DNA of 64,000 nucleotides. Origin: Firmicutes bacterium UBA7510. Lineage in GTDB: Bacteria > Bacillota > Clostridia > Tissierellales > Sedimentibacteraceae. Made by a program: the position numbers and the translations under genes. The stretch spans positions 28,142-92,141 of the forward strand of contig DLNM01000013.1 of the NCBI GenBank assembly GCA_002479485.1, read 5' to 3'. Below, piece by piece: positions 10,025 to 21,190 of the stretch; positions within the stretch are counted from its first letter, which is position 1, and each line of letters opens with the position of its first letter. Below the pieces are notes generated by a model. It worked only from the letters and a program-made list of their open reading frames with translations, ran no database searches and was not told the origin of the DNA.

Positions 10025-10295
10025 TGCTTCCTCCTAAAAAATAATTATGTAGTATTATATAACATTTATACAGTTTGTGCAACAAAGATTTTTTTAAATT
10101 TTTAAATAAATAAAAAGTATAATTTAAAATAAGAGTAAAAAGACATATCAAAAATGTGTCTTTTCGCTTTTATACAATCATTTTTTCAATTGTTATTTAT
10201 TGTTTTGTAATTTTTTACAAATTTTGTTTTATTACGACAAATTTTAGTATATAATAGAAAGAACAAATTATTTTATTAAATAGGAGAAGAAAGTC

Positions 10296-12296
10296 ATGAA
10301 GAAAAGAAAAAGTCTAAAAAGGAAACTAACTTCTGTAAACGCTATCATATTTATAATTACTGCAATCGTATTCTCTCTTGTTTCTATTTATTCAATAAAC
10401 ATTTCAACTGATAATGCACTTGAAAATACAGTGGTTGAAATAGCTAAACAAGCAGCAAACAATGTTGATAAACAGTTGGAAGCATTCACTGTATTATTTA
10501 CAGAAATTGCGGATAACCCTACTCTTACAACCACTTCCGGCGCAATGATAAATAAAACAAATTATTTAAAGCAAAAAAATGATGTCTACGGAAACAAATA
10601 TAATTGTACAATAGATGTCATATATACTTCAGCGAAGCAAAGCCTTATGAAAGAGCTTAACGTTAAAGAATATGATTTTTATAAAAAAGCATTTAATGGT
10701 TACAGCTCAATGTCAAACCCTTTTAAATTCAGTGAGTTAGAAGATAAATTAGTATTTGTATATTCAATGCCAATAAAGTCAAACAATTCAATTGTTGGTG
10801 TTTTATTTGTAACATTTGATTATAATACAATATATGATATTGTAGCGCAAACACAAATTGGAAAAACAGGTGCTGCGTATCTGCTAGGCAAAGATGGATA
10901 TGTTATAGCTCATAAAAATCAAAGCTTAGTAAATGTATCAAATTCTTATGAAGAATCAAAGACTGATAAAAATCAAGAGAAAATTGGTGAACTAGAAAAA
11001 AGAGCATCCAATGGTGAAACAGGATATGGCGAATATTCTTGGGATAAGGTAACAAAAATAGCAGCATTCTCAACAGTAAATGAAGACTTAGGCTGGAGTA
11101 TATTTGTTACGGCTGAAAAAAGTGAATTTACAGCCCAAATCGCTAAAAGCACAATTATGACAATATTTATAGCGGTATTATTAGGACTTATATCCTCCAT
11201 ATTATTCTTTATCATATCAAATGGTATTACAAGACCAATAATATCAATGATAAATAGAATGGAATTATTAGCACAAGGTGATTTATCTACACCAATTCCA
11301 GAAGTTAATTCAGGTGATGAAACTCAGTTACTGCACACTTCAGTTCAGAATACTATTGAGTCTTTAAAAGGATACATAACTAATATGGATTATGTAATGT
11401 CAGAAATTGCAAACAACAATCTTAACCTTGATATTGATATTGAATATAAGGGTGATTTTGTAACTATCAAAGATTCTTTAAATAAAATTATTGAAGATTT
11501 AAACAATAATTTTAGAAATATAACTCAAGTATCTGATCAGGTTGCAAACGGAGCTAATCAGATTTCAGCAGGTGCACAACAATTATCACAGGGAGCAACT
11601 GAACAAGCTAGCTCTTTAGAAGAATTGTCTGCAACAATAAATGAAGTATCAGAAAATATAAATTTGAATTCAGCAGAGACTATAAATGCTAACAAATTAA
11701 CAGAAAAAGCTTTAGTGGAATTACAAAAAGGTAACAACGAAATGAAAGAAATGCTTAAATCTATGGATGAAATTAAAATATCTTCTAATGAAATTTCTAA
11801 GATAATTAAATTAATAGAAGACATAGCATTCCAAACTAATATTTTATCTTTAAATGCAGCTGTCGAGGCAGCAAGAGCAGGTGTTGCCGGAAAGGGCTTT
11901 AGTGTAGTAGCAGATGAAGTAAGAAATCTAGCTAGTAAAAGTGCCGAAGCTGCTAAAAATACAACTATTTTAATTGATAAAGCACTATCAGCCGTATCAA
12001 ATGGTATAGAAATTGCTGACGTAACTGCTTCATCATTAAGCATAGCAGTTGAATTATCACAGAATGTATCAAATATTATGAATAAAATAACTGCTAATTC
12101 AAATGAATTAACTGTTTCAATTTCACAAATACTTGAAGGAACTGAACAGATTTCATCCGTTGTACAAACGAATTCAGCAACTGCTGAGGAAAGTGCTGCA
12201 TCCTCAGAAGAATTAAGTGGACAAGCAATAATACTAAAAGAAATGATAGAAAAATATAATTTAAAAAGAGACATCTCTTTAGGGGTTGATCAATAA
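10296..12296 (+). CDS. Methyl-accepting chemotaxis protein (Cache/HAMP/MA)
   Basis: Two TMs, YLLGKDGYVIAH Cache motif, IAFQTNILSLNAAVEAARAG signalling hairpin. Confidence 0.95.
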   Translation: MKKRKSLKRKLTSVNAIIFIITAIVFSLVSIYSINISTDNALENTVVEIAKQAANNVDKQLEAFTVLFTEIADNPTLTTTSGAMINKTNYLKQKNDVYGNKYNCTIDVIYTSAKQSLMKELNVKEYDFYKKAFNGYSSMSNPFKFSELEDKLVFVYSMPIKSNNSIVGVLFVTFDYNTIYDIVAQTQIGKTGAAYLLGKDGYVIAHKNQSLVNVSNSYEESKTDKNQEKIGELEKRASNGETGYGEYSWDKVTKIAAFSTVNEDLGWSIFVTAEKSEFTAQIAKSTIMTIFIAVLLGLISSILFFIISNGITRPIISMINRMELLAQGDLSTPIPEVNSGDETQLLHTSVQNTIESLKGYITNMDYVMSEIANNNLNLDIDIEYKGDFVTIKDSLNKIIEDLNNNFRNITQVSDQVANGANQISAGAQQLSQGATEQASSLEELSATINEVSENINLNSAETINANKLTEKALVELQKGNNEMKEMLKSMDEIKISSNEISKIIKLIEDIAFQTNILSLNAAVEAARAGVAGKGFSVVADEVRNLASKSAEAAKNTTILIDKALSAVSNGIEIADVTASSLSIAVELSQNVSNIMNKITANSNELTVSISQILEGTEQISSVVQTNSATAEESAASSEELSGQAIILKEMIEKYNLKRDISLGVDQ

Positions 12297-12317
12297 AACA
12301 GCATAACATATTCCAGA

Positions 12318-12348
12318 AAAACGGTGTAGCTTCAGCTATGCCGTTTTA
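12318..12348 (+). terminator. Terminator after the MCP gene
   Basis: AAAACGGTGTAGC-TTCA-GCTATGCCGTTTT. Confidence 0.75.
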
Positions 12349-12466
12349 ATTTGATATTGTTTATAGAAAGTTTATTGAAATTGTTTGGGTGTCCATATAT
12401 AATTATATAGAAATAACTTATCCCCAAAGACGAAAAAACATTGATGATGCAGAAAGGAGAAAATAA

Positions 12467-13147
12467 ATGAATAGAATATTACTTCTTGAAGATGACTTAA
12501 GCTTGATTGATGGGCTTTCCTATTCTTTAAAAAAGCAAGGATTTGAATTGGATATTGCCCGAACTATAAAAGAGGCAAACAACATATGGGTGGACGGTAA
12601 ATACGACTTACTGATTTTAGACTTATCCCTACCCGATGGTTCTGGTTTCGAAGTTTGTCAAAAAGTTCGAGAGATTTCTAACGTTCCTATTATTTTTTTT
12701 ACTGCATCAGATGAGGAAATAAACATTGTTAAGGGGCTTGATATAGGTGGCGATGATTATATCACAAAACCCTTTAAATTAGGAGTTCTCATATCAAGAA
12801 TTAACGCCTTGCTCCGTAGGGCAACAAACTTTAGAACGTCAGATACGGAAATTAAATCCAACGGAATAAAAGTATTATTGCTACAAGGACAAGTCTATAA
12901 AGACGGACAGCTTTTGGATTTGACAACAGCAGAATATCGATTGCTTTGCCTGCTTATGCAAAATCCTAACATTATATTATCCAAAGAAAAAATATTGGAT
13001 AAGCTATGGGATGGCGAAGGTAACTATGTTGATGATAATACGTTGGCTGTATATGTTCGCAGGCTAAGAATGAAAATAGAAAATAATCCGAGCAATCCAC
13101 AAATGCTGGTGACGGTCAGATTTATGGGATACAAATGGAATGTATAA
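12467..13147 (+). CDS. OmpR-family response regulator
   Basis: LLEDD, LILDLSLPDG, GGDDYITKPF, winged helix; promoter TTGAAA-17-TATAAT at 12375-12403. Confidence 0.95.
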   Translation: MNRILLLEDDLSLIDGLSYSLKKQGFELDIARTIKEANNIWVDGKYDLLILDLSLPDGSGFEVCQKVREISNVPIIFFTASDEEINIVKGLDIGGDDYITKPFKLGVLISRINALLRRATNFRTSDTEIKSNGIKVLLLQGQVYKDGQLLDLTTAEYRLLCLLMQNPNIILSKEKILDKLWDGEGNYVDDNTLAVYVRRLRMKIENNPSNPQMLVTVRFMGYKWNV

Positions 13148-13161
13148 ATTGAGGTGGTATA

Positions 13162-14199
13162 ATGAAGATTTTTACCAATAAAGACATTAAGAATTTTTTT
13201 ATTATAATGTCCTGCACTTTAGGTAGCTTTATCTTTTTGTTACAGTTGATTACATAGTTTTTTTACGGCAAACTGAACTTTGTTTTTTTGATACTTTCAC
13301 TACTGGCTACCTTGTGTATATTAGGTACCAGCTTCCTTTATTTTTGGAAACAGAATCAAATTATGGAAGATGCTATATCTCAAATAAATTTGTTTCTTTC
13401 AGGAAATACAGATGCTCGTATTGATTGTGATCATGAGGGAAGCTTGTATAAACTGTTTCATGCAGTAAACACATTGTCTACTGCTCTCAATGCTCATGCA
13501 ATAAAGGAACAAAAGGTAAAAGAATTTTTGAAAAGTACTATATCTGATATTTCACATCAATTAAAGACACCTCTTGCTGCTCTCAATATTTACAATGGGC
13601 TTTTACAGGACGAAACAGAAGATATAGCTGCTATGCGAGAATTTGCAATTAAATCAGAAAAAGAAATTGACAGAATAGAAATTCTAGTCCAAAACCTTTT
13701 GAAAATTACTAAATTAGATGCTGGATATATTATCATAGAAAAATCACCTGAAAATGTGACGGCTATGATAAATGACATCTATCAGCACTTTGAATTTCGT
13801 GTCAATAGTGAGCAGAAAACAATCCTTTTGAAGGGATCTGATAATATTGAGCTTTTTTGTGACAGAGATTGGATAACAGAAGCCATCAGCAACATTGTAA
13901 AAAATGCCCTTGACCATACAGACTCAGGCTGCCAGATTAGCATTGAATGGAAAAGATTACCTGTCGTTATACAGATAACAATAAGAGATAACGGAACCGG
14001 TATTCATCCGGAAGATATAAATCACATTTTTAAGAGATTTTACCGAAGCAGTTTTTCTAAAGATACGCAAGGTATTGGTCTTGGACTACCACTTGCAAAA
14101 GCAATCGTAGAAGCACATAACGGCAATATCACAGTAGAAAGTGCTTTGGGAAAAGGAAGCATATTTGTTTTAAGTTTTCTTAACCTTACTAAATTGTAA
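13162..14199 (+). pseudogene. Sensor histidine kinase interrupted by an in-frame TAG at codon 32
   Basis: SD GAGGTGG + ATG 13162 (MKIFTNKDIK..), TAG at 13255-13257 in frame with the ISHQLKTPL and HATPase regions. Confidence 0.8.
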
Positions 14200-14200
14200 G
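14185..14200 (+). promoter_or_regulatory. BceR-like response regulator box upstream of the ABC transporter
   Basis: CTTACT-AAAT-TGTAAG resembles the TNACA-N4-TGTAA consensus. Confidence 0.55.
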
Positions 14201-14298
14201 ATGAAATTCATATATGAGTAAGGAGCAGATGTTAACCTATCATTAGGCGATTACAACAACCTCTCAAAGATTAATCGCTTAGAAAGGTGTGATAAGAT

Positions 14299-14982
14299 AT
14301 GAATTTATTAGAGGTAAATGCCATTAGTAAAACTTATGGCACAGGAGAAGCAGCAGTTAATGCATTAAAAAATGTAAGTTTTTCGATTCCCAAAGGTGAG
14401 TTTGTCGCCATTGTCGGAGAATCCGGTTCTGGAAAAAGTACGCTGCTTAATATGATTGGAGCACTGGATAAACCCACTTCAGGTAAGGTGCTTATTGATG
14501 GTAACGATATATTTGGTATGAAAGACGAAAAACTCACTATTTTTCGCCGCAGAAATATCGGCTTTGTTTTCCAGGCATTTAACCTGATACCGGAACTCAA
14601 TGTCGAGCAGAACATTACATTTCCAGTTTTACTCGACTATAAGAAGCCAGATCAGGATTATGTGGAAGAAATTCTTACCGTACTATCTTTGAAAGACAGA
14701 CGGAAGCATCTACCACGTCAGTTGTCTGGCGGACAACAGCAGCGTGTGGCAATAGGACGTGCTTTAATTACCCGTCCTATGCTGATTCTTGCAGATGAAC
14801 CCACCGGAAATTTAGACAGTCAAAACAGCAGTGAGGTTATTTCACTTTTGAAAACAGCTTCCAAACGCTATCAGCAGACAATTATCATGATTACGCATAA
14901 CCGAAGCATTGCTACTGCGGCTGATCGTGTGCTGCAAGTTTCAGACGGTGTCCTAACAGATTTAGGAGGATATACCGAATGA
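14299..14982 (+). CDS. ABC transporter ATP-binding protein (LolD/MacB type)
   Basis: [28 protein letters not shown]. Confidence 0.96.
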   Translation: MNLLEVNAISKTYGTGEAAVNALKNVSFSIPKGEFVAIVGESGSGKSTLLNMIGALDKPTSGKVLIDGNDIFGMKDEKLTIFRRRNIGFVFQAFNLIPELNVEQNITFPVLLDYKKPDQDYVEEILTVLSLKDRRKHLPRQLSGGQQQRVAIGRALITRPMLILADEPTGNLDSQNSSEVISLLKTASKRYQQTIIMITHNRSIATAADRVLQVSDGVLTDLGGYTE

Positions 14983-17300
14983 ATAGTTATCTTGGTCTAG
15001 TTTCAGAATATGCAAAAGTACACAAAAAGAAAAATCGACTTACGGTAATATGTATTGCAATATCAGTTATGTTGGTAACGGCGATTTTTGGTATGGCAGA
15101 TATGAGCATAAAAGCTCAAATTAATGAATATATCCGTCAAAATGGAAATTTTCACGCTACAATTATAGGTATATCAGATAGTATTGCAGAACAAATTGAT
15201 AATCGCGACGATGTAAAAGTATCAGGTTTTTCGAGAGTGACAGAAGATACAAATTTTCAGGGGAAAGAATTGTATGTTCAAGGCGGCGAACAGGATATGG
15301 CAGAGCAGATGAATCTTAATGTAACGGAGGGCACCTATCCTGCTTCTACACAGGAAGCTCTTCTTGATAGACAGGGACTGGAACAATTCAACCTTTCCAT
15401 TGGGGACACAATTGAGGTTAGCTTTAGTGATGGGCATACAAGGCAATTTAAAATCACTGGAACATACAGAGATTTTTCTAGTCTGAAAGGAAAAGATACC
15501 CACGGTCTTTTACTATCAATGGCAGGTATGCGTTCACTTCCATCCAATTTATTGTATAAGGAATATTATCATATTCAGTTCAAAAGTGGCGTAAATATCA
15601 ACCGGGCACTTTCAGAAATCAAAGCTGAATATGGTTTGACAGACAAACAGGTCTCCACAAATACCAGACTGCTTGGTCTAATGGGACAGAGCGACGACTC
15701 ATCGATGCGGGACCTCTATTTGATGGCGGTTATTCTGTTCATCCTTGTTGCTATGGCAGGTACATTTATGATTGCAAGCAGTTTTAATATGAGTATTTTG
15801 GAGCGGACACAATTTTTTGGTCTTTTGCGCTGTCTTGGCGCCACTAAAAAACAAATCAAACGATATATCCGACTGGAAGGCTTTCAATATTGTCTTAAAG
15901 GAATTCCAATTGGGTTACTTATTGGATGCATGGCATTGTGGATAGCTATTTTTTTCTTAAATACATTGAGCATACAAGATATCCCACCAATGCCGATGCT
16001 GCAAGTAAGCTGGCCTGGCATTGCCGCTGGTACAGTGATTGGGGTTCTTGTAGTTATGATTGCCTCCAGTTCACCCGCAAAAAATGCGGCAAAGGTGTCT
16101 CCTCAGGCTGCCGTAACAGGGAATATAAATCATACAAATAATTTACATATAAACAAAGCATCTAACACAAATTGGTTTCATGTAGATACGGCGATGGGAT
16201 TTCGTCACGCTTTTTCAAATAAAAAAAGCATGGTATTTATTGGGGGTTCATTTGCAATCAGTATTATATCGTTTTTGTGCTTTACAGTTCTAATTACTTT
16301 TATGAATCATGCATTAAACCCTCTAAAGCCTCATGCACCTGATCTATCTATTATGAGCTCTCAGGATTCTATATTAATTGACCACTCACTTATAGAAGAA
16401 CTAAAAGCAATACCGCATATTCAAAAAGTATACGGCCGTATGTTTTACTACAATATTCCTGCAAATGATAAACAGAAGCCTGGCACAGCTATGTTCATTT
16501 CATATGATGAGCCACAATTTGAATGGACTGAGGAAATGCTGATTTCCGGAAATCTTGATAGTGTAAAAAATGGCAACGGCGTATTGGTTGGATATAAGCA
16601 GTCGCAAAAATTCGACTGGGATATAGGAGATATTCTTACTTTAAATATATCAGGAGAACCTCACGATGTACAAATTGCTTGTATTATCTCTGATATGCCA
16701 TTTGATGCGGGAAATTCTGTTTGGAGTATCATAGCCTCTGAAAAGACCTTTAGCGCTCTGACAAAAATAACTGATTACACCATCATCGATATGCAGGTTG
16801 ATGAAGATGTTTCCAAACAAGTAAGAACACTCATTACACCGGAAACGCAATTGTTGGACAAACAGCAGCGCAACAGGGAAATCCAAACTGGTTACTATAC
16901 TATGGCAGTATTTGTCTACGGATTTTTGATGATCATTGCACTCGTTGCCCTAATTAACATTATCAATACGGTAAACGCAAGTGTTTCTAGCAGAATAAGT
17001 AATTATGGAATGATGCGTGCGGTTGGAATGTCAGGCAAACAGCTTAAAAAAATGGTTGTAGCTGAGGCTGTTGCCTACGCTGTATCAGGCAGTCTGGCAG
17101 GTGGTATTTTAGGGCTTCTTCTACACCGTTTCTTCTTTAGATTGATAATTACGTCCAATTGGGGAGAACTTTGGCAGCCTCCACTTGGAGTTTTGATTAT
17201 CATAATTTCAGCTGCAATCCTGACTACCTTTATTTCAGTTATTTCACCGACAAAGAAAATCGAAAAAATGTGTATAGTTAATGCTATAAACGCAGGTTAA
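14979..17300 (+). CDS. FtsX/MacB-like ABC transporter permease
   Basis: Two FtsX repeats (ER..FGLLRCLGAT; R...YGMMRAVGMS); ATGA overlap with the ATPase gene. Confidence 0.92.
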   Translation: MNSYLGLVSEYAKVHKKKNRLTVICIAISVMLVTAIFGMADMSIKAQINEYIRQNGNFHATIIGISDSIAEQIDNRDDVKVSGFSRVTEDTNFQGKELYVQGGEQDMAEQMNLNVTEGTYPASTQEALLDRQGLEQFNLSIGDTIEVSFSDGHTRQFKITGTYRDFSSLKGKDTHGLLLSMAGMRSLPSNLLYKEYYHIQFKSGVNINRALSEIKAEYGLTDKQVSTNTRLLGLMGQSDDSSMRDLYLMAVILFILVAMAGTFMIASSFNMSILERTQFFGLLRCLGATKKQIKRYIRLEGFQYCLKGIPIGLLIGCMALWIAIFFLNTLSIQDIPPMPMLQVSWPGIAAGTVIGVLVVMIASSSPAKNAAKVSPQAAVTGNINHTNNLHINKASNTNWFHVDTAMGFRHAFSNKKSMVFIGGSFAISIISFLCFTVLITFMNHALNPLKPHAPDLSIMSSQDSILIDHSLIEELKAIPHIQKVYGRMFYYNIPANDKQKPGTAMFISYDEPQFEWTEEMLISGNLDSVKNGNGVLVGYKQSQKFDWDIGDILTLNISGEPHDVQIACIISDMPFDAGNSVWSIIASEKTFSALTKITDYTIIDMQVDEDVSKQVRTLITPETQLLDKQQRNREIQTGYYTMAVFVYGFLMIIALVALINIINTVNASVSSRISNYGMMRAVGMSGKQLKKMVVAEAVAYAVSGSLAGGILGLLLHRFFFRLIITSNWGELWQPPLGVLIIIISAAILTTFISVISPTKKIEKMCIVNAINAG

Positions 17301-17317
17301 CTGGCAATATATATGCT

Positions 17318-17360
17318 TAACGGCGGCCTTGAATCTTACTTCAAAGCCGCCGTTATGTTT
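17318..17360. terminator. Terminator at the right edge of the island
   Basis: TAACGGCGGC..TTGAA/TTCAA..GCCGCCGTTA. Confidence 0.7.
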
Positions 17361-17864
17361 TTATTTGTATGCCTCAGGATATTCTTCAGCATATTTTATG
17401 CATCTTTGAAGTGTTGCAGTTTTTTCAGACTCACTTACTTCTCTTATAATCTTACATGGATTTCCTACTACCACTACATTTTCTGGTATTTTTTTATTTG
17501 GAGGTACTACACAACCTGCAGCTATAAAGGCACCCTTACCAATTTCTGCTCCATCAAGAATAATAGCACCTATTCCTATTAAAGCATTATCATGTACAGT
17601 ACAGCCATGAAGCTTAGCACCATGACCTATAGTTACATAATCACCAATTGTAGTAGCATTTTCCTTAGTTACATGTATTATTGCTCCATCTTGAACATTA
17701 GTATATTTGCCTATAGTTATTTTATTGACATCTGCACGAATTACAGAGTAAAACCATGTGTTGCTTTTTTCTCCCATAGTTACATCTCCACTAACTGAGC
17801 ATTCATCAATTATAAAACATGATTCATGAATTTGGGGTATTAAATTATTTAAACTTTTTATCAT
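17361..17864 (-). CDS. Gamma carbonic anhydrase family (YrdA-like) protein
   Basis: VIRAD, TNVQDG.IIH, TIGH..LHG hexapeptide repeats. Confidence 0.92.
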   Translation of the reverse strand: MIKSLNNLIPQIHESCFIIDECSVSGDVTMGEKSNTWFYSVIRADVNKITIGKYTNVQDGAIIHVTKENATTIGDYVTIGHGAKLHGCTVHDNALIGIGAIILDGAEIGKGAFIAAGCVVPPNKKIPENVVVVGNPCKIIREVSESEKTATLQRCIKYAEEYPEAYK

Positions 17865-17875
17865 TAGCTCTCCTA

Positions 17876-18895
17876 TTATCTAATTCTATTTTTATTAATT
17901 CTACCTGTATTTACTAAAAACAAAACAGTATCTCTTAATGTATCTTTCATTTCACGGGTTGTATATCCTAAATCCCTATTTGCTTTTTCATAACTAAAAT
18001 TACTGTTTGTATTTATAGTATATATCGAATATTTTGTATAAAGTGGTGGTTGTTTTAGTATTTTATAATATAATTCTGCCAATGGAGCAGTAAGCTTTGC
18101 AAACCAAATTGGCAATACAGTTTTTATTCTTGGTCTATTGCATATAGCATATAGCATATCGAAAAATTCATTTAAACTATAAAATTTATTTGATAAAATA
18201 TAACATTCTCCTGATTTTCCATTATCTATTGCACTTATTATTCCCTGTGCTACATCTCTTACATCTACAAAATTGTATCCACCTTTTATAGCAGCTGTTA
18301 GTGTACCTTTGCAATAATCTATAACAAGCTGGGTCAAATGACCTTTTCCATAATCATTCGGCCCAATTATCCCTGCTGGATGAACTACAACAACATCAAG
18401 ACCATCTTTTTTACTATCCAAGACCAATTGCGTTGCTTCAGCTTTTGTTTTTGCATATAGACCAACTACATCATCGGGATTGAATTTATCAACCTCAGTT
18501 ATACATTCATTGTTATGTTTTTCTGGTATAGCATGCACAGAACTTACGTGAATAAGTCTTTGAACATTATATTTTTTACACATCTCAATTATATTTTTTG
18601 TACCATTTACATTTACATCATACACCAATTGATTGAATTTAGATGCAATAGAAACAATACCTGCTGTGTGTATTACAATAACTTCATATTTTTCATCAAA
18701 AGTAAACAACGGAATAAGCGAATTTATATCACATACATTTCCTCTAACTATATCCGCTTGCAATTTTTCTCTACCTTCCAGATTATCTGATGGTAAAACT
18801 AACCCTCTTACATTCTTACCATCTTCAACAAGCATTTTCATAATAGTGTAGCCTAAGTGACCAAAAGCACCAGTTATAATATACATCCGTTCCAT
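17876..18895 (-). CDS. NAD-dependent epimerase/dehydratase (extended SDR, dihydroflavonol reductase-like)
   Basis: TGAFGHLG, HVSS, YAKTK. Confidence 0.88.
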   Translation of the reverse strand: MERMYIITGAFGHLGYTIMKMLVEDGKNVRGLVLPSDNLEGREKLQADIVRGNVCDINSLIPLFTFDEKYEVIVIHTAGIVSIASKFNQLVYDVNVNGTKNIIEMCKKYNVQRLIHVSSVHAIPEKHNNECITEVDKFNPDDVVGLYAKTKAEATQLVLDSKKDGLDVVVVHPAGIIGPNDYGKGHLTQLVIDYCKGTLTAAIKGGYNFVDVRDVAQGIISAIDNGKSGECYILSNKFYSLNEFFDMLYAICNRPRIKTVLPIWFAKLTAPLAELYYKILKQPPLYTKYSIYTINTNSNFSYEKANRDLGYTTREMKDTLRDTVLFLVNTGRINKNRIR

Positions 18896-18979
18896 CATAT
18901 ACCTCCAATTACCACTTTATTTTAAATAATACTATACTCTAGGTTTAATTTATTTTCAAGATATAATATGAAATAACTT

Positions 18980-19017
18980 AAAATTGGCTCCGCAAATTAA
19001 TTGAAGAGCCAATTTTT
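18980..19017 (-). terminator. Terminator after the oligoendopeptidase gene
   Basis: AAAATTGGCTC..GAGCCAATTTT. Confidence 0.7.
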
Positions 19018-19024
19018 AAACAAA

Positions 19025-20803
19025 TTATAAACTATTTGCTAATCTTTCAAATTCATCTATTGATGCAACAATTTTATCAAGTGACATCTTCCAAAATTCT
19101 TTACTTCTTACATCAACATCTACAAGCTTACAAACATCAGCTATTTTCATTTTACCAGTAGCCTTTAATAAATTATTATAGTCATCAATGAATGCCTTTC
19201 CTTTTTTCTCATATATAGAATATAAACCAAGTGAAAATAACAATCCAAAGGCATATGGGAAGTTATAGAAGTTTCTTTCAGCATAGTAGTAGTGAACCTT
19301 GTTTAACCACATATATGGATTTAATAGCTCATTGTCAAGCCCATCACCATAACTCTTTTTCTGTGCCTCTAACATCACTTCTTTAATTTCATCTACAGAT
19401 AATTCATGATCCTTTCTTCTATTAAAGAATTCTGTTTCAAAATAATATCTTGATAAAATATCTACTGTAACTTGAATCGCACTTAATATGCTAAAGCTTA
19501 AAAATGAAAGTTTCTCTTCATCACTAATATTCTTTAATAACTCATTTTTTAATACTTCCTCACAGAAGGTTGATGCAGTTTCTGCTAAAGGCATTGGATA
19601 TGTATTGTTAAGTATACTTTCAGTAGTTAATTGTTTTCCGTGGAATCCATGTCCTAATTCATGTGCAAGAGTATTAACATCTTTAATATTTCCGTTGAAG
19701 TTTGTCAACACTCTACTCTCTTTAATAGGATAAATACCACTACAAAAAGCTCCACTTCTCTTGCCAGCCTTAGGCTCGAAATCAACCCATCTATTATCAA
19801 ATGCTTTCTTTGCAAATTCATATAATTCTTCACTAAATCCTCTAAAAGCATTTAAAACTGTTTCTTTTCCTTCCTCTATAGTGTACTTTTTATTAGATTT
19901 TCCAACCTGAGCAGAAATATCAAAGTATGGTAATCCATTTGGGTAATTTAATAACTTTGCCTTTATCTTATAATATCTTCTAAGCTGTGGTAAGTATTCT
20001 TCTATACTTCCAATAAGGGCATCTAATGTTTCCTTATCCATTCTACACTCATTTAATGTCATTTCTAAAGGTGATGAATAGCCTCTAAGCTCTGAAATTG
20101 TTAATACTTCACCCTTAAGGTTGTTTAAACACGCAGCTGATATATCAGCATATTTGTCATAAGCTCTACACTCAGCAAAGAATCTGTTTTTCTTAACTTC
20201 AATATCATCTGTTGATGGTAATTGTGATAAAGCAGTAACTGGAATTGTTATTTTTTCGCCGTTTTCCTCAAGTTCAACTACAGCCTCTGATGAAACCTTG
20301 CCTTGAAGTTGTGACCATGCAGTTGAGCCTGTTAATTTCATTTTAGAAATTAATATTTCTTCCTTGTCGCTTAATTGATGCTTACAAGCCTCTATAATTT
20401 CATATAAATAAAATTCATGTTCTTTTAATAAGCTTGATTCATTTACAGATTTATCTATATTATCATAATTCTTTAAATAATTTTGAAATGCAATTTTAGA
20501 AGCTGTCAATTCGCTAGCATATTTGCCCACTTTACCAATATATGCTATTGCCTCTCCATCCTTTGAATTAGTAGAAATTCTTAAGGAAGCATAGCTTCTA
20601 AGTCTTATTACTAATTCTAAATACCTTTTAGTCAACTCTATGTACTTTTCAATTTTTTGTGTAGCATTATTATAATCTACAAGTTCTTTCTGTGAAAATT
20701 CAAGCATCTTTTCACCAGCAGTTGAAAGTTCATCTAAGTCTCTCTTAAACTCATTAGAATCAAAGCTGGTATAAAGCTCGTCTAAACTCCAAGTATAATT
20801 CAT
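19025..20803 (-). CDS. pepF: M3B oligoendopeptidase F
   Basis: W.L..LY N-terminus, GKRSGAFC, TLAHELGHGFH, AETAS, FYNFPYAFG. Confidence 0.9.
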   Translation of the reverse strand: MNYTWSLDELYTSFDSNEFKRDLDELSTAGEKMLEFSQKELVDYNNATQKIEKYIELTKRYLELVIRLRSYASLRISTNSKDGEAIAYIGKVGKYASELTASKIAFQNYLKNYDNIDKSVNESSLLKEHEFYLYEIIEACKHQLSDKEEILISKMKLTGSTAWSQLQGKVSSEAVVELEENGEKITIPVTALSQLPSTDDIEVKKNRFFAECRAYDKYADISAACLNNLKGEVLTISELRGYSSPLEMTLNECRMDKETLDALIGSIEEYLPQLRRYYKIKAKLLNYPNGLPYFDISAQVGKSNKKYTIEEGKETVLNAFRGFSEELYEFAKKAFDNRWVDFEPKAGKRSGAFCSGIYPIKESRVLTNFNGNIKDVNTLAHELGHGFHGKQLTTESILNNTYPMPLAETASTFCEEVLKNELLKNISDEEKLSFLSFSILSAIQVTVDILSRYYFETEFFNRRKDHELSVDEIKEVMLEAQKKSYGDGLDNELLNPYMWLNKVHYYYAERNFYNFPYAFGLLFSLGLYSIYEKKGKAFIDDYNNLLKATGKMKIADVCKLVDVDVRSKEFWKMSLDKIVASIDEFERLANSL

Positions 20804-20971
20804 ATACCTACCTCCATAACATTGTTAATTAAATTATAGAATATTAATATGATTAATACAACAGTTAAATAAGAATTTATTTGATATATAAAAGATTTAG
20901 ATTTATATTTACTTTTTTCAATATATGGGGTAAAATATATTTACTATATATTTATATGATAGAGGTACTTT

Positions 20972-21190
20972 ATGAGAAAATATATTGCTCCTATAATAAT
21001 TGGTTTAATTATGATTTTATATTTTTCGACTATAGGTATTATGGTGCTTTTTTCAAGTGACCTTAATCTGGTAGAGAAATTATTAATCACATTTATACCT
21101 CTATGCTTATCATGCATTTCAATTTACGTAATGTTACAAAGAATTAAAGAAATTAAAGGCGGTGAAGAGGATGATGCTCGTAAATATTGA
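20972..21190 (+). CDS. Small two-TM membrane protein
   Basis: SD GAGG, two hydrophobic segments, RIKEIKGGEEDDARKY tail; overlaps the ybjQ-like gene. Confidence 0.75.
   Translation: MRKYIAPIIIGLIMILYFSTIGIMVLFSSDLNLVEKLLITFIPLCLSCISIYVMLQRIKEIKGGEEDDARKY

Noticed and set aside
10130..10170. Hairpin upstream of the MCP gene as a c-di-GMP riboswitch
   Set aside because: Simple AT-rich stem without the GGCAAA/GNRA tetraloop-receptor features.
13255..13257. Pyrrolysine readthrough in the histidine kinase
   Set aside because: No pyl genes in the window and the position is non-catalytic.
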